From Phycisphaerae bacterium (lineage in GTDB: Bacteria; Planctomycetota; Phycisphaerae; SM23-33), in assembly GCA_030628445.1 (NCBI GenBank), contig DAOVQV010000001.1:1-36229 (forward strand): DNA of 36,229 nucleotides. The letters are read 5' to 3'. Positions 7,801 to 16,961 of this stretch are shown piece after piece. Positions within the stretch are counted from its first letter, which is position 1. Each line of letters starts with the position of its first letter. Both the position numbers and the translations under genes were made by a program. The notes beneath the pieces were generated by a model that searched no databases, was not told the origin of the DNA, and saw only the letters and a program-made list of their open reading frames with translations.

Positions 7801-9624
7801 ATGCCTAAGCACCACGCCTATTGTATTGGGGTTTTCGTAGTTGTCTTCTGTTGCGGCATCGCGGCCGCCGCCGGGCCCGTCGAGGCCGAAAGCGCGATCG
7901 AGGCGGTGACGGTATACCGCGGGCAGGCACTTATCAGACGGGCTGTGCAGATCCCGCCCGATCTCGGCGAGCTGCAGATTATCGTCGACGACCTACCGGC
8001 CAAGGTCGTAGGGGCGAGTCTTACCGCCGGCGGGACCGAGGGAGTCGTGGTGCGCCTGGTGCGATACCGCTCTCGGGCGGCGAGCAAACCGCTGAACAAA
8101 GAGCTGGCCGAAATCGAATCGCAAATCAAACAGATAAAAAGGGAACTGCACGCCAACGCCAAGATGCACGAGGTCAAGCAACGCAATGCCCAATACATGC
8201 ACAATCTGGCGATGTTCATCACGTCCAAGGAAAGGGCCACAAGCTCCCAGGCCGAGTTGGACGCGGACGGAATCGCCAAGCTGACCGATTTGATCCTATC
8301 CAACGATCCCAAGACCTTCGCCGAGATGACGGAGCTGGAACATCAAAAAGCCGATCTGGAGGAGGAATTGCACGTGCTGGAGCGCAGGCGATCCGAGCTG
8401 TCGGGCAAGTCGGCAAAGGCGGTGCACGAAGCGATTATCTTCCTAACCAAGGCAAGGCTGGGCCCGGCGGAGGTGCGACTGAATTATCTTGTCAACGACG
8501 CTGGGTGGTCGCCGGCATACAACGTGCGGCTGGGCGCCGACGGGAAGGCGGCCAGGATGGAATACCTCGCCGACGTCCGCCAAAGAAGCGGCGAGGACTG
8601 GACCGGCGTATCGCTTACCCTCTCGACGGCTACGCCGCACACCAGTGCCGACAGCCCCCTGCTGGTTCCGCTGTGGGTCGGGGCGCGCAGTGCCGTACCG
8701 GTGAGCGGTAAGGTGAAGAGACTCATGGTGGCGGGTTCAAAAGCAGAATACCAGCGGCGCGCCGGGCGCTTGCGGGTCCAGCAGGCTTCACTGCCCCAGC
8801 AGATGGCGAAAGGCCGGCGGGCGGCGATGTGGAGTTCCAACCGGATCGCAGCAGAGGTCCAGGAGATGGAGCTTAACGTGGACCGTGACGTCCTGCGCAG
8901 TGGTATCCGCGAGCTGCGAAGGGCCGAGGAAGCCCTGACCGTCTCCTACGTGCTGGAAGGTAAGATGAGCCTAGCTTCCCGGCCGGATCGGCAGCTACTG
9001 CAAATCGCAAGCCTTCAGATCCCCGTCGAGACGTACCACCAGGCGATCCCGCTTCTGACCACCTACGTATATCGGATGGGGAGACTGAGCAATACCAGTC
9101 CGCTGTCCTTCCTCCCCGGGCCTTACAGCGCCTACGTCGGCGACGAATTCGTCGGTAAGGGCCGCCTCCCGCTCATCGCGCGCGGCCAGAACGTCGCTCT
9201 GGGTTTCGGCGTCGATACACAACTTCGCTGCCGGCGCGAGCTTGTGGATAAGTCCGACAAGACCGGGTGGGGGTCACGCGTGCAGAACTTCTCTTACAAG
9301 CTCCAACTGGAAAACTACAAAGATACACCAGTATCGGTGCGCCTGCTGGACCGCATCCCGGCGACGAAGTCCGAAGACCTCCAGATCAAGGTCGGCAAGA
9401 TGAGCGACGAGCTGTCGACGGACGCGCTGTACGTGCGGGAGATGAAGGGGCGCGGGATCCTGCGCTGGGATATCGACCTTCCCGCCGGCGCCAGCGGCCC
9501 GGACGCAAAGCAGGTGACCTACAGCTTCGAGCTTAAATTCGCCAAAGACAAGGATGTCTCCACACAAACGGTCAACCTCCTGGGGCAGATGGAGGCCGAA
9601 TACGAACGGATGCTGTCACAATAA
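7801..9624 (+). CDS. Secreted DUF4139/DUF4140-type protein (MuiA-like family) with a central coiled coil
   Basis: The gene has an AAGGAG RBS and an N-terminal signal-like segment. IEAVTVYRGQALIRRAV...LPAKVVGASL fits the DUF4140 N-terminal pattern. GWSPAYNVRL and the C-terminal beta-rich region fit DUF4139. The central part is rich in E/K/L heptads. Confidence 0.72.
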   Translation: MPKHHAYCIGVFVVVFCCGIAAAAGPVEAESAIEAVTVYRGQALIRRAVQIPPDLGELQIIVDDLPAKVVGASLTAGGTEGVVVRLVRYRSRAASKPLNKELAEIESQIKQIKRELHANAKMHEVKQRNAQYMHNLAMFITSKERATSSQAELDADGIAKLTDLILSNDPKTFAEMTELEHQKADLEEELHVLERRRSELSGKSAKAVHEAIIFLTKARLGPAEVRLNYLVNDAGWSPAYNVRLGADGKAARMEYLADVRQRSGEDWTGVSLTLSTATPHTSADSPLLVPLWVGARSAVPVSGKVKRLMVAGSKAEYQRRAGRLRVQQASLPQQMAKGRRAAMWSSNRIAAEVQEMELNVDRDVLRSGIRELRRAEEALTVSYVLEGKMSLASRPDRQLLQIASLQIPVETYHQAIPLLTTYVYRMGRLSNTSPLSFLPGPYSAYVGDEFVGKGRLPLIARGQNVALGFGVDTQLRCRRELVDKSDKTGWGSRVQNFSYKLQLENYKDTPVSVRLLDRIPATKSEDLQIKVGKMSDELSTDALYVREMKGRGILRWDIDLPAGASGPDAKQVTYSFELKFAKDKDVSTQTVNLLGQMEAEYERMLSQ

Positions 9625-9755
9625 GGTCCCCTGGAAGGTGCAGGGCAAACTTTCTTTGCGTGGCGAGGCGACATAGAATATACCCGTTCCCGACCGGCCG
9701 CCCGTCGGGGAATTGGCAAGTGGGCGGGCCGATATTTGCAAGAAAGGGACCGGTG

Positions 9756-11414
9756 ATGAAGCAATTTGTCGTGGTAGCCTTGCTGGGCCTCGCCGGCGTC
9801 GGGGTCTGTCTGGCGGGCGGGTCCGACGAGCGCAGCGCTACCCAACCCGCCACGCCCACAGCACCCGCCGAGGCGAAGTATCCCGACGCACCGCAAGGCG
9901 CAAGGATCAGGCCCGACGGGTGGTTCGCCCCGCTGACGCAGGTCAAAAAGCCCCCCCTACCGGAGCCGATCGAACGGGCGTTCGTCATCCCCATCGAAGA
10001 TGCGATTACCGGCACAATGTACGAGGCGATCCAACGTAAGATCATACGCTGCCGAGCCCGAGGCGCGCAGATAATCATCTTCAAGATGAAGACGCCCGGC
10101 GGGTCCGGCGCTGCGATGCGAAAGATCGTCCGGCTGATCATCGACGAGCTGCGCGACATATACACTGTCGCGTACGTGGCCCCGGAAGCCTTCAGCGCCG
10201 GTGCGGTCATCTCACTGGCGTGTGATGAAATCGTCGTTTCGCCCACAGCCGTCATCGGCGACGCCATGCCGATCATGATCGGGCCGGGCGGACAGCTTGT
10301 CCCGATTCCCGACAAGGAGCGGGGCAAGATCGAATCCGGCATCCGCTCGGAGATACGCGTCCTGGCCAAACGCAACGGATACAACGTCGAGCTGTGTGAA
10401 GCGATGATCACCATCACGATGGAGATCTGGCTGATAAGAAATACCGGAACCTGCGAGCTGCAGATCGTCGAGGCCAAAGAGTGGCGCCATCGCGTATCCG
10501 GCGGGCCGAAAAAGGACAAGGCCCCCGCGGTGAAGTCCGATACGTCCTGGCGGTACGTCCGCACCGTCGATGGGCCCGACGAGCTTGTGACGATGACCGC
10601 CGACGAAGCCGTCGAATACGGAATCGCCACACACACGTTCGGCGACATGGACGCACTCACCGAGCACTACCAGATCACACCGGCTCCTGCGGTCCTTCGG
10701 GACAATTGGTCGGAGAGGCTGGTCGCCTTTTTGACCTCGCCGACGGTGACGGGGATACTGCTGATGGGGGCGCTGTTCTTCGCCTACATCGAGATGCACA
10801 CACCCGGGTTCGGCGCCGCCGGGAGCATCGCCATCGCGTGCTTCGCCGTCCTGATCGGCAGCCGGTTCCTTGTCGGTATGGCCAACTGGTGGGAGATCGC
10901 GCTTCTGGCGATCGGGGTAGTTCTGATCATGGTGGAGGTATTCGTCACACCGGGCTTCGGTGTCCCCGGGATCGCCGGGATTCTGTGTATGGTGGTGGCC
11001 CTCCTGGCGATGATTGTCCCCAACGCACCTACCCAGCTGCCGATCCCCAAGACCGCACTGGACTGGGACCTGCTGAGGACAGGGGTTCTGGCGCTGGGGC
11101 TGGGGTTTGTCGCCGCGCTTATCGCCGCGGCGATCGCCTCCAAGTACCTCCCGAAGTTCCCCATCGCCTCCAAGCTTGTCCTGGCCGCAGCGAAGGCGTC
11201 GACGGCCCCGCCGGCCTCGCCCAAAGCACCAATTCAGCGAATCCAGATCGACGAGACCGGCACGGTGGAAGCGCCGTGCCGCCCGGTCGGAAAGGTACGA
11301 ATCGGCGACGACCTTATCGACGCGTCCAGCGAAGGTGAAATGATCGAAAAAGGCGCCCTCGTTCGCGTCCTGCGACGCGACGGAAACCGCCTCATCATAG
11401 AGAGAGTGACATGA
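9756..11414 (+). CDS. Membrane-bound ClpP-class serine protease, NfeD family (long form)
   Basis: The ATG at 9756 gives a signal/TM start MKQFVVVALLGLAG. The ClpP-like domain carries the nucleophile motif AFSAGAVISLACDEI. Several TM helices follow, then a C-terminal NfeD OB-fold (GKVRIGDDLIDASSEGEMIEKGALVRVL). Confidence 0.85.
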   Translation: MKQFVVVALLGLAGVGVCLAGGSDERSATQPATPTAPAEAKYPDAPQGARIRPDGWFAPLTQVKKPPLPEPIERAFVIPIEDAITGTMYEAIQRKIIRCRARGAQIIIFKMKTPGGSGAAMRKIVRLIIDELRDIYTVAYVAPEAFSAGAVISLACDEIVVSPTAVIGDAMPIMIGPGGQLVPIPDKERGKIESGIRSEIRVLAKRNGYNVELCEAMITITMEIWLIRNTGTCELQIVEAKEWRHRVSGGPKKDKAPAVKSDTSWRYVRTVDGPDELVTMTADEAVEYGIATHTFGDMDALTEHYQITPAPAVLRDNWSERLVAFLTSPTVTGILLMGALFFAYIEMHTPGFGAAGSIAIACFAVLIGSRFLVGMANWWEIALLAIGVVLIMVEVFVTPGFGVPGIAGILCMVVALLAMIVPNAPTQLPIPKTALDWDLLRTGVLALGLGFVAALIAAAIASKYLPKFPIASKLVLAAAKASTAPPASPKAPIQRIQIDETGTVEAPCRPVGKVRIGDDLIDASSEGEMIEKGALVRVLRRDGNRLIIERVT

Positions 11415-11908
11415 TTGGCAAAGTTGCACTGATGTTGGCGCTGATCGCGGCGGGAATGGTTCTGTTCTTGCTGGAGATCGTCACCCCGACGTTCGGGCTG
11501 CTGGCGGCGATAGGACTCGCCGCACTGGGTGCGGCGGTGTGGGCAGCCTTTACCATCTCCTCGCTGTTCGGGCTGATAATGGCCGTGGTGCTGATACTGA
11601 CCATCCCCGCCTACATCGTCTTTCTGGTCCGCCTGCTGCCCAAGACGCCCCTGGGCCGAAGGTTGTTCCTGAAAAGCTCCCCAGACGCCACCGGCGACGC
11701 CGCGCCGCAATCCCAGACCCACGAGGCCCTCGTCGGCAGGGAAGGCGTCGCCGAGTCCCTGCTTCGCCCGTCCGGGGCGATTCGCGTGGAGGGAAGGCGC
11801 ATCATCGCGGTGGCAGAGTCAGGTACAATAGAAAAGGGCGCGAAGGTATTGGTGATACGGGCCAGCGGATCGAACGTAACCGTTCGTGAAATAACCGAGC
11901 AACAGTAG
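11411..11908 (+). CDS. NfeD family protein (short form, membrane anchor plus OB-fold)
   Basis: The start overlaps the upstream stop (ATGA at 11411-11414). It has three hydrophobic helices, then GREGVAESLLRPSGAIRVEGRRIIAVAESGTIEKGAKVLVI, typical of the NfeD C-terminal domain. Confidence 0.8.
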   Translation: MIGKVALMLALIAAGMVLFLLEIVTPTFGLLAAIGLAALGAAVWAAFTISSLFGLIMAVVLILTIPAYIVFLVRLLPKTPLGRRLFLKSSPDATGDAAPQSQTHEALVGREGVAESLLRPSGAIRVEGRRIIAVAESGTIEKGAKVLVIRASGSNVTVREITEQQ

Positions 11909-11992
11909 CCATGGGTACAAAACCGACTCAAAACCTGCTATACAGGATTTCCGGAAAGCGAGAACAGAGGTATAGAATACATCTGAAAGGAT

Positions 11993-13048
11993 TTGAAGAT
12001 GGCGACGTTGATACTGGCAGAAGCGGGTAGGACGACTTGGGGTGCGTGGATCCTGTTGGGGTTGGCGGTACTGGCGGGGCTGGTGTTTTTAGGGCTGTTC
12101 GGCCCGCTGTTCGGGCTGTGGATCCAGGCCTTATCCGCCAAGGCCGGCGTGGGAATCCTTGAGCTGATCGGGATGCGCCTGCGAAGGGTCAATCCCAACC
12201 TGATCGTGCTTTCAAGGATCCAGGCCGTGCGGGCGGGGCTGCAACTGGGCACGAGCGACCTGGAAAGCCACTACCTCGCCGGCGGGCGGCCCATGAATGT
12301 CGTCAGGGCCCTGATCGCCGCGAACCGCGCCAACATCGATTTGGGCTGGAAGACAGCAACCGCCATCGACCTGGCCGGACGCGACATACTCGACGCGGTC
12401 CAGACCTCGGTTAACCCCAAGGTCATCGACTGCCCCAACCCCGCCTCGGGTAAGACGACCATCGACGCCGTCGCCAAGGACGGGATCCAGGTTAAGGCGC
12501 GCGCCCGCGTAACGGTCCGGGCAAACATCGACAGGCTGGTCGGCGGGGCAACCGAAGAGACGATCATCGCCCGCGTCGGCGAGGGCATCGTCACCACCAT
12601 AGGCTCGGCCGAAACGTACAAGGAAGTACTGGAGAACCCGGACAAAATCTCCAGCACCGTGCTGGAAAAGGGCCTGGACGCCGGGACCGCCTTTGAGATC
12701 CTGTCCATCGATATCGCGGACGTCGATGTCGGCGACAACATCGGCGCCAAGCTCCAGGCCGACCAGGCCGAAGCTGATAAGCGGCGCTTCCAAGCCGAGG
12801 CCGAAAAACGCCGCGCCATGGCGATGGCACGAGAGCAGGAAATGCGGGCTCTGACGCAGGAAAACCGAGCCAAGGTGGTCTTGGCGGAGGCCGAGATTCC
12901 CATGGCGATCGCCGAAAGCTTCCGTAAGGGCAACCTGGGGATCATGGATTACTACCGGCTGCGGAATATCCAGGCCGATACAAAGATGAGAGACACCATC
13001 GGCGGCGAATCGAACGATCGGGGAAGCACCAAGCCGCCGGCTAAATAA
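11993..13048 (+). CDS. floA: Flotillin-like protein FloA (UPF0365/YqfA family)
   Basis: The protein is nearly collinear with my memory of Bacillus subtilis FloA/YqfA. Shared segments include [94 protein letters not shown] and [10 protein letters not shown]. Confidence 0.92.
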   Translation: MKMATLILAEAGRTTWGAWILLGLAVLAGLVFLGLFGPLFGLWIQALSAKAGVGILELIGMRLRRVNPNLIVLSRIQAVRAGLQLGTSDLESHYLAGGRPMNVVRALIAANRANIDLGWKTATAIDLAGRDILDAVQTSVNPKVIDCPNPASGKTTIDAVAKDGIQVKARARVTVRANIDRLVGGATEETIIARVGEGIVTTIGSAETYKEVLENPDKISSTVLEKGLDAGTAFEILSIDIADVDVGDNIGAKLQADQAEADKRRFQAEAEKRRAMAMAREQEMRALTQENRAKVVLAEAEIPMAIAESFRKGNLGIMDYYRLRNIQADTKMRDTIGGESNDRGSTKPPAK

Positions 13049-13054
13049 TCGCCA

Positions 13055-13630
13055 ATGACGCACCTACTGACCATAGCGGCCAAGGGCTTCGACTTAGACG
13101 ACGTGATTCAGTTCGTCGTGATCCTGGGCTTTGTGCTGATCAGCATAATCGGCGGGATCATGCAGAAGCGCCTCGCCAACAAAGAACAAGAGCAGCGCGC
13201 CCGGGGCCAAGACGAGGCAAAAGGTCACCGGGGCGTCCAGGCCGCCAAGAGGCCGCCCTGGTTAGTCCGGGAGGAAGTCGAACCTCCCCCCGAGCCGCAA
13301 CCGGCCCAACCCGTCCGTATCGCAGCGCCTCCGCCGATTCCACGTGCTGACGATGCCATCCGATCCAGCCCGGAGCTTCAGCCGCACCGCGCCCGGGATC
13401 CCGTTCAACCACGACCGCAAATTCGCCGCCCTACCAAAAAAACGACGCTGGGATCATTGCAGACCGCCGCGCTGCAGACGAAACAACCTGCCCCACCTCG
13501 CCAGCTCGGACCTCGCCCCGCGATGGTGGATCTGGGCGGGGCGGATGAGGCCCGGCGGGCGATTATCTACCACGAGATCCTCTCGCCGCCCAAGGCCCTG
13601 CGCGAGGGGGGCGAGATGTGGGAGCTGTAG
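13055..13630 (+). CDS. Hypothetical small membrane protein, Pro/Arg-rich (last gene of the nfeD-floA operon)
   Basis: It starts 6 nt after floA. It has one TM helix (VIQFVVILGFVLISIIGGIM), a low-complexity Pro-rich middle and a conserved-looking tail RAIIYHEILSPPKALREGG. A strong terminator follows 40 nt downstream. Confidence 0.6.
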   Translation: MTHLLTIAAKGFDLDDVIQFVVILGFVLISIIGGIMQKRLANKEQEQRARGQDEAKGHRGVQAAKRPPWLVREEVEPPPEPQPAQPVRIAAPPPIPRADDAIRSSPELQPHRARDPVQPRPQIRRPTKKTTLGSLQTAALQTKQPAPPRQLGPRPAMVDLGGADEARRAIIYHEILSPPKALREGGEMWEL

Positions 13631-13670
13631 CGAACGGCCCAGCAGTAACGAACGGAATTTGGAATCATAC

Positions 13671-13701
13671 CGGCCCCCAGGGCATTGGGGGCCGAGTTTT
13701 T
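13671..13701 (+). terminator. Rho-independent terminator of the nfeD-floA operon
   Basis: A perfect 9-bp GC-rich stem CGGCCCCCA/TGGGGGCCG (13671-13694) with a 6-nt loop, followed by AG and TTTTT (13697-13701). Confidence 0.78.
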
Positions 13702-13730
13702 CAGCGCGGTGTGATACCTTGTGTCTATCG

Positions 13731-14759
13731 ATGATGCAACGCCTGAATCAATTCGACCGGCGCCTCCTGGGGATGCTGGAAGGCGGGCTCGCCCTTGTCC
13801 GCGAGCCCTACGCGCACATCGCCGCCCAGCTAGGCTGTCCGCAGCAGAAGGTGCTTGACCGCATACCATCCCTGCGCGGCGATGACGGTCTGATTCGCCG
13901 GATTACGGGGATATTCCACGCCGCGGGTCTCGGATACACCCAATCGCTCGTGGCGATGAAGATCGCACCGGATCAGCTCGACGCAGCCGGCGCCAAGGCG
14001 GCCGGGCATCCGGGCGTCTCGCACTGCTATGGGCGCGACGATCAGTTCAATCTCTGGTTCACCCTTGCGGTCTCGCCAAGAAGCGCCCTGGGCCTCGACA
14101 CAACCGTCGAGCTGCTGTGCGAGCTATGCAAGGGGCGGGCCACGATGACGCTCCCGGCGACCAGGCAGTACAAACTCAACGTCCGTTTCGCTGCGCCGAC
14201 CGGGCCGGCGGCGGCGCCACTCGCCCCCGCCCGGTCAAGTCCGGGTCGACCCGCTGAACCCACAGCACAGCAGATCATCGCAATCCACGCGCTTCAGGAG
14301 GACCTACCGGCACGGGGCGACCCCTTCGCGCCGCTGGCGGACAGTGTGGGTCTGGACCCCGACACGCTCCTGGTCCACGCAGCCGATTTTCTGACCGCAG
14401 GTTGGATGCGGCGATATGCAGCCATCCTCCACCACCGCGCCGCCGGCGCCAAAGCAAACGTGCTGGTCGCCTGGTGCGTGGACGAGCAGTCCGCCGACAG
14501 GGCTGGGCGGATATGCGCCGCGGACCCATCCGTCAGCCACTGCTACCTCCGCACGGCCGGGCAGGACTGGGCCTACAACCTTTACGCAATGATCCACGCC
14601 CCCGGCCGCGCCGAAGCCCAAAGAACGATCGGTCAACTTTCGGCAGCGCTAGGCGAGCCCGAACGGGCCCAACTGTGGACACTGAAAGAATACACCAAAC
14701 GCCGAATCCGCCTGTTTACCGACGCCGAATGCAAATGGGAAACGAGGCACGGGACGTAA
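13731..14759 (+). CDS. Fused AhbA/AhbB (NirD/L-type) siroheme decarboxylase-like protein
   Basis: The start is taken at ATGATG 13731 (MMQRLNQFDRRLL). There are two tandem Lrp/AsnC-like halves, each with the HTH-like N-part and the signature GVSHCYGRDD..NLWF / SVSHCYLRTA...NLYAM seen in AhbA/B and NirD/L/G/H proteins. Confidence 0.8.
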   Translation: MMQRLNQFDRRLLGMLEGGLALVREPYAHIAAQLGCPQQKVLDRIPSLRGDDGLIRRITGIFHAAGLGYTQSLVAMKIAPDQLDAAGAKAAGHPGVSHCYGRDDQFNLWFTLAVSPRSALGLDTTVELLCELCKGRATMTLPATRQYKLNVRFAAPTGPAAAPLAPARSSPGRPAEPTAQQIIAIHALQEDLPARGDPFAPLADSVGLDPDTLLVHAADFLTAGWMRRYAAILHHRAAGAKANVLVAWCVDEQSADRAGRICAADPSVSHCYLRTAGQDWAYNLYAMIHAPGRAEAQRTIGQLSAALGEPERAQLWTLKEYTKRRIRLFTDAECKWETRHGT

Positions 14760-14771
14760 AGAGCCGCGATC

Positions 14772-16469
14772 TTACCCCACACCGCGCCCAGTGCAGCTCA
14801 GCTCGAGCTGATCGGGAGTGCTCTGGGACTCCTGGACCGCCACGCCGTCCGCGACTAATTTATCCCAGTGTTTCTGGTTGAAGATGCATCCGGGATCGCC
14901 GGCGTGAAGTTGACCGAAGTATGCATCGGCCCTGGCCCGGCAACCCCCGCAGTAACACCGCAGGGCGCAGACCTCGCAGTGATGCAGGCGATCGTCCCGA
15001 TCGTTGAGGACCTCCCACAGATCGCTGTTGCGGAAGATATCAACCAGCGGCGCTTCTCGCACGTTACCCATCACGCGGTGCGGTAGGTACACGCATGGGG
15101 TAACGTCGCCGTTGGGCTCTATGCAGACGTAGGTCCGCCCGGCCCCGCACCCGCCGAGGTACTTCGCCACCACGCGGGCCTTGACCCCGCTGCCACTGCC
15201 GGCGTGAGAGCAGGCGACCCGTCCGACGCCCGCGGGGGCGCCGAGCAGACAGATCCGCCCCAACTGCGGGGCCGTCGAGATAATACCGATGCGCCCCTCC
15301 TGCATCTTCGCATTGAGCACCGCCAAAAGCTGCTCGCGCTGGGACGGCGTGATGTCGTCGTGGACCATCTTGGCGCCCCTCCCGACCGGAATGAAATTGA
15401 AATGCGCGAAGCAGCTCGCCCCGATCCGCTCGGCGAAGGCGATCATGTCGCCAAGCTCGTGGAAGTTCCCCCGGTGCACGCACATTGCGATCCCCAGCCG
15501 CAACCCCTCGGTCGCCACGACGGTCTTCGCCCCCCAAACCGCGCGGGCCCACATACCCGCAACGCCCCGAAACGCGTCATGGCGGTCCGGATCCACCGAA
15601 TCCAGCGAGATCTCCACGTATCGCAGCCCGGCCTCGACAAGCTTATTAGCCAAGGCCGGCGTCATGGTCGTCCCGTTAGTGGCGATCGTCGTGTGGATGT
15701 CGTAGCGCTGCGCGCGGCGCAGGACCGGCAGCAAGTCGCCGCTTAGAGTCGGCTCGCCCCCGGACAGAGCGAGCATCGGGACGTAAACGCGGCCCATCTG
15801 ATCGACAACCGACAGCTTCTCATCCAGCGCCAACTCATCCGCCGGAGGATTGGTGGTGCTGTCCTGGTAGCAGTGCTTGCAGGTGAGGTTGCAGCGATTC
15901 GTTAGGTTCCAGACGGCGAACAGCGGCGCCGTAAACCGCTGCGGGCAGGTTAACCCGAACTCGGCGATGCTGCGGGCGACAATCACAAGCCCGCGAACGG
16001 TCGGGGCGTGCCCGGCGAGGCGCCGGCGAAAAGTTGGTGCATCCACGTCACCCCGCATGTAATCGATGAAGCGATGAAACAGCCAATACTTGATGCGCTC
16101 GGCGCGGCGGGCGGAGGGATTTCGATAGCTGGCGATGATCCGCTCCAGCGAGGTCGGAGCATCGCCATCGTCTTGCGCCAATTTGCCCAGGACCCAGCGA
16201 ACCTCACTGCGGCCCAGCCAGTCCTCCAGCCAGTGGTGATAGTGAAGCCCCAACGAGCCCGCGGCTGCGCGGCCACCATTACGAACACCGCGTATATATT
16301 CGCCGCTGCTGAGCTCGCCGTCTTGGGTTCGATAGGGGCTCTTGTCGGAATTATCGAACCTTGGGTGGGACTGCTCGCGCCGGGCGGGCGAGGCGGCGCA
16401 AGAGTGCATAGCTGCGGTGACATAAGAGACGTCCGCGCGGTCCCATTTACTGGGGTCTGTCTGTCCCAT
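14772..16469 (-). CDS. Radical SAM/SPASM enzyme of the NirJ/AhbC/AhbD family with an N-terminal extension
   Basis: The CxxxCxxC motif lies in LFAVWNLTNRCNLTCKHCYQD (aa 193-200). Other family motifs are SGGEPTL, FNFIPVGRGAKM, STAPQLGRIC and GGCGAGRTYVCIEPNGDVTPCVY. The SPASM-type tail is HHCEVCALRCYCGGCRARADAY...DPGC. The start lies 6 nt after the upstream lipoprotein stop. Confidence 0.82.
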   Translation of the reverse strand: MGQTDPSKWDRADVSYVTAAMHSCAASPARREQSHPRFDNSDKSPYRTQDGELSSGEYIRGVRNGGRAAAGSLGLHYHHWLEDWLGRSEVRWVLGKLAQDDGDAPTSLERIIASYRNPSARRAERIKYWLFHRFIDYMRGDVDAPTFRRRLAGHAPTVRGLVIVARSIAEFGLTCPQRFTAPLFAVWNLTNRCNLTCKHCYQDSTTNPPADELALDEKLSVVDQMGRVYVPMLALSGGEPTLSGDLLPVLRRAQRYDIHTTIATNGTTMTPALANKLVEAGLRYVEISLDSVDPDRHDAFRGVAGMWARAVWGAKTVVATEGLRLGIAMCVHRGNFHELGDMIAFAERIGASCFAHFNFIPVGRGAKMVHDDITPSQREQLLAVLNAKMQEGRIGIISTAPQLGRICLLGAPAGVGRVACSHAGSGSGVKARVVAKYLGGCGAGRTYVCIEPNGDVTPCVYLPHRVMGNVREAPLVDIFRNSDLWEVLNDRDDRLHHCEVCALRCYCGGCRARADAYFGQLHAGDPGCIFNQKHWDKLVADGVAVQESQSTPDQLELSCTGRGVG

Positions 16470-16475
16470 CGGCCG

Positions 16476-16961
16476 CTATGGTATGCGACCCGTGATGGTT
16501 ATTTCAACGCCCGCCTCCGGGCCGGGCAGCCCGTTTATCACCCCGGCGACGCGAAGCCGCTCGCCTGTGGGCCAATTTGGCTCGACGGTCAGGTTCAACG
16601 GAAACCGTCTGGCCGCACCCGGCGCCAGCGTCCAGGTGCCAACGACCATCATTTCCGCCTTCGGATAATGCAGCAGTTCCTCCCAGCCTATCCCGTCGTG
16701 GCGGTATATCAGAACGTAGACCGGGCTGGCGGACCTGGCGGTGATGGTGATGGGGTCCTTGCCCTGGTTCTGGGCTGTAATGCGCACGGGGAACGTCTCG
16801 CCGACGGCGAATTGCCTCTTGGACACCTCTATACCGAGCACCAGCCCGCCCGATCGGACGATATCGAACTCGCCGCTGTACCAAAGCTCCTGAGCGGTCC
16901 GCCCCTTACACCCTGACAGACCGGCAGCCAGAAGAACCAACAAGGAGGTAAAGCACCTCAT
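16476..16961 (-). CDS. Small lipoprotein, predicted beta-sandwich (function unknown)
   Basis: The signal peptide has a lipobox: MRCFTSLLVLLAAGLSGC. The rest alternates hydrophobic and polar residues as beta strands do. The gene sits directly between the two radical SAM genes (0 and 6 nt gaps). Confidence 0.7.
   Translation of the reverse strand: MRCFTSLLVLLAAGLSGCKGRTAQELWYSGEFDIVRSGGLVLGIEVSKRQFAVGETFPVRITAQNQGKDPITITARSASPVYVLIYRHDGIGWEELLHYPKAEMMVVGTWTLAPGAARRFPLNLTVEPNWPTGERLRVAGVINGLPGPEAGVEITITGRIP

Noticed and set aside
13344-13730. Long N-terminal extension (129 codons) of the AhbA/B-like ORF, which would overlap the 13055..13630 gene.
   Set aside because: The extension is low-complexity Arg/Pro-rich and overlaps a better-supported gene in another frame. 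It also runs straight through a strong intrinsic terminator (13671-13701). The family-typical N-terminus starts at the ATG at 13731.
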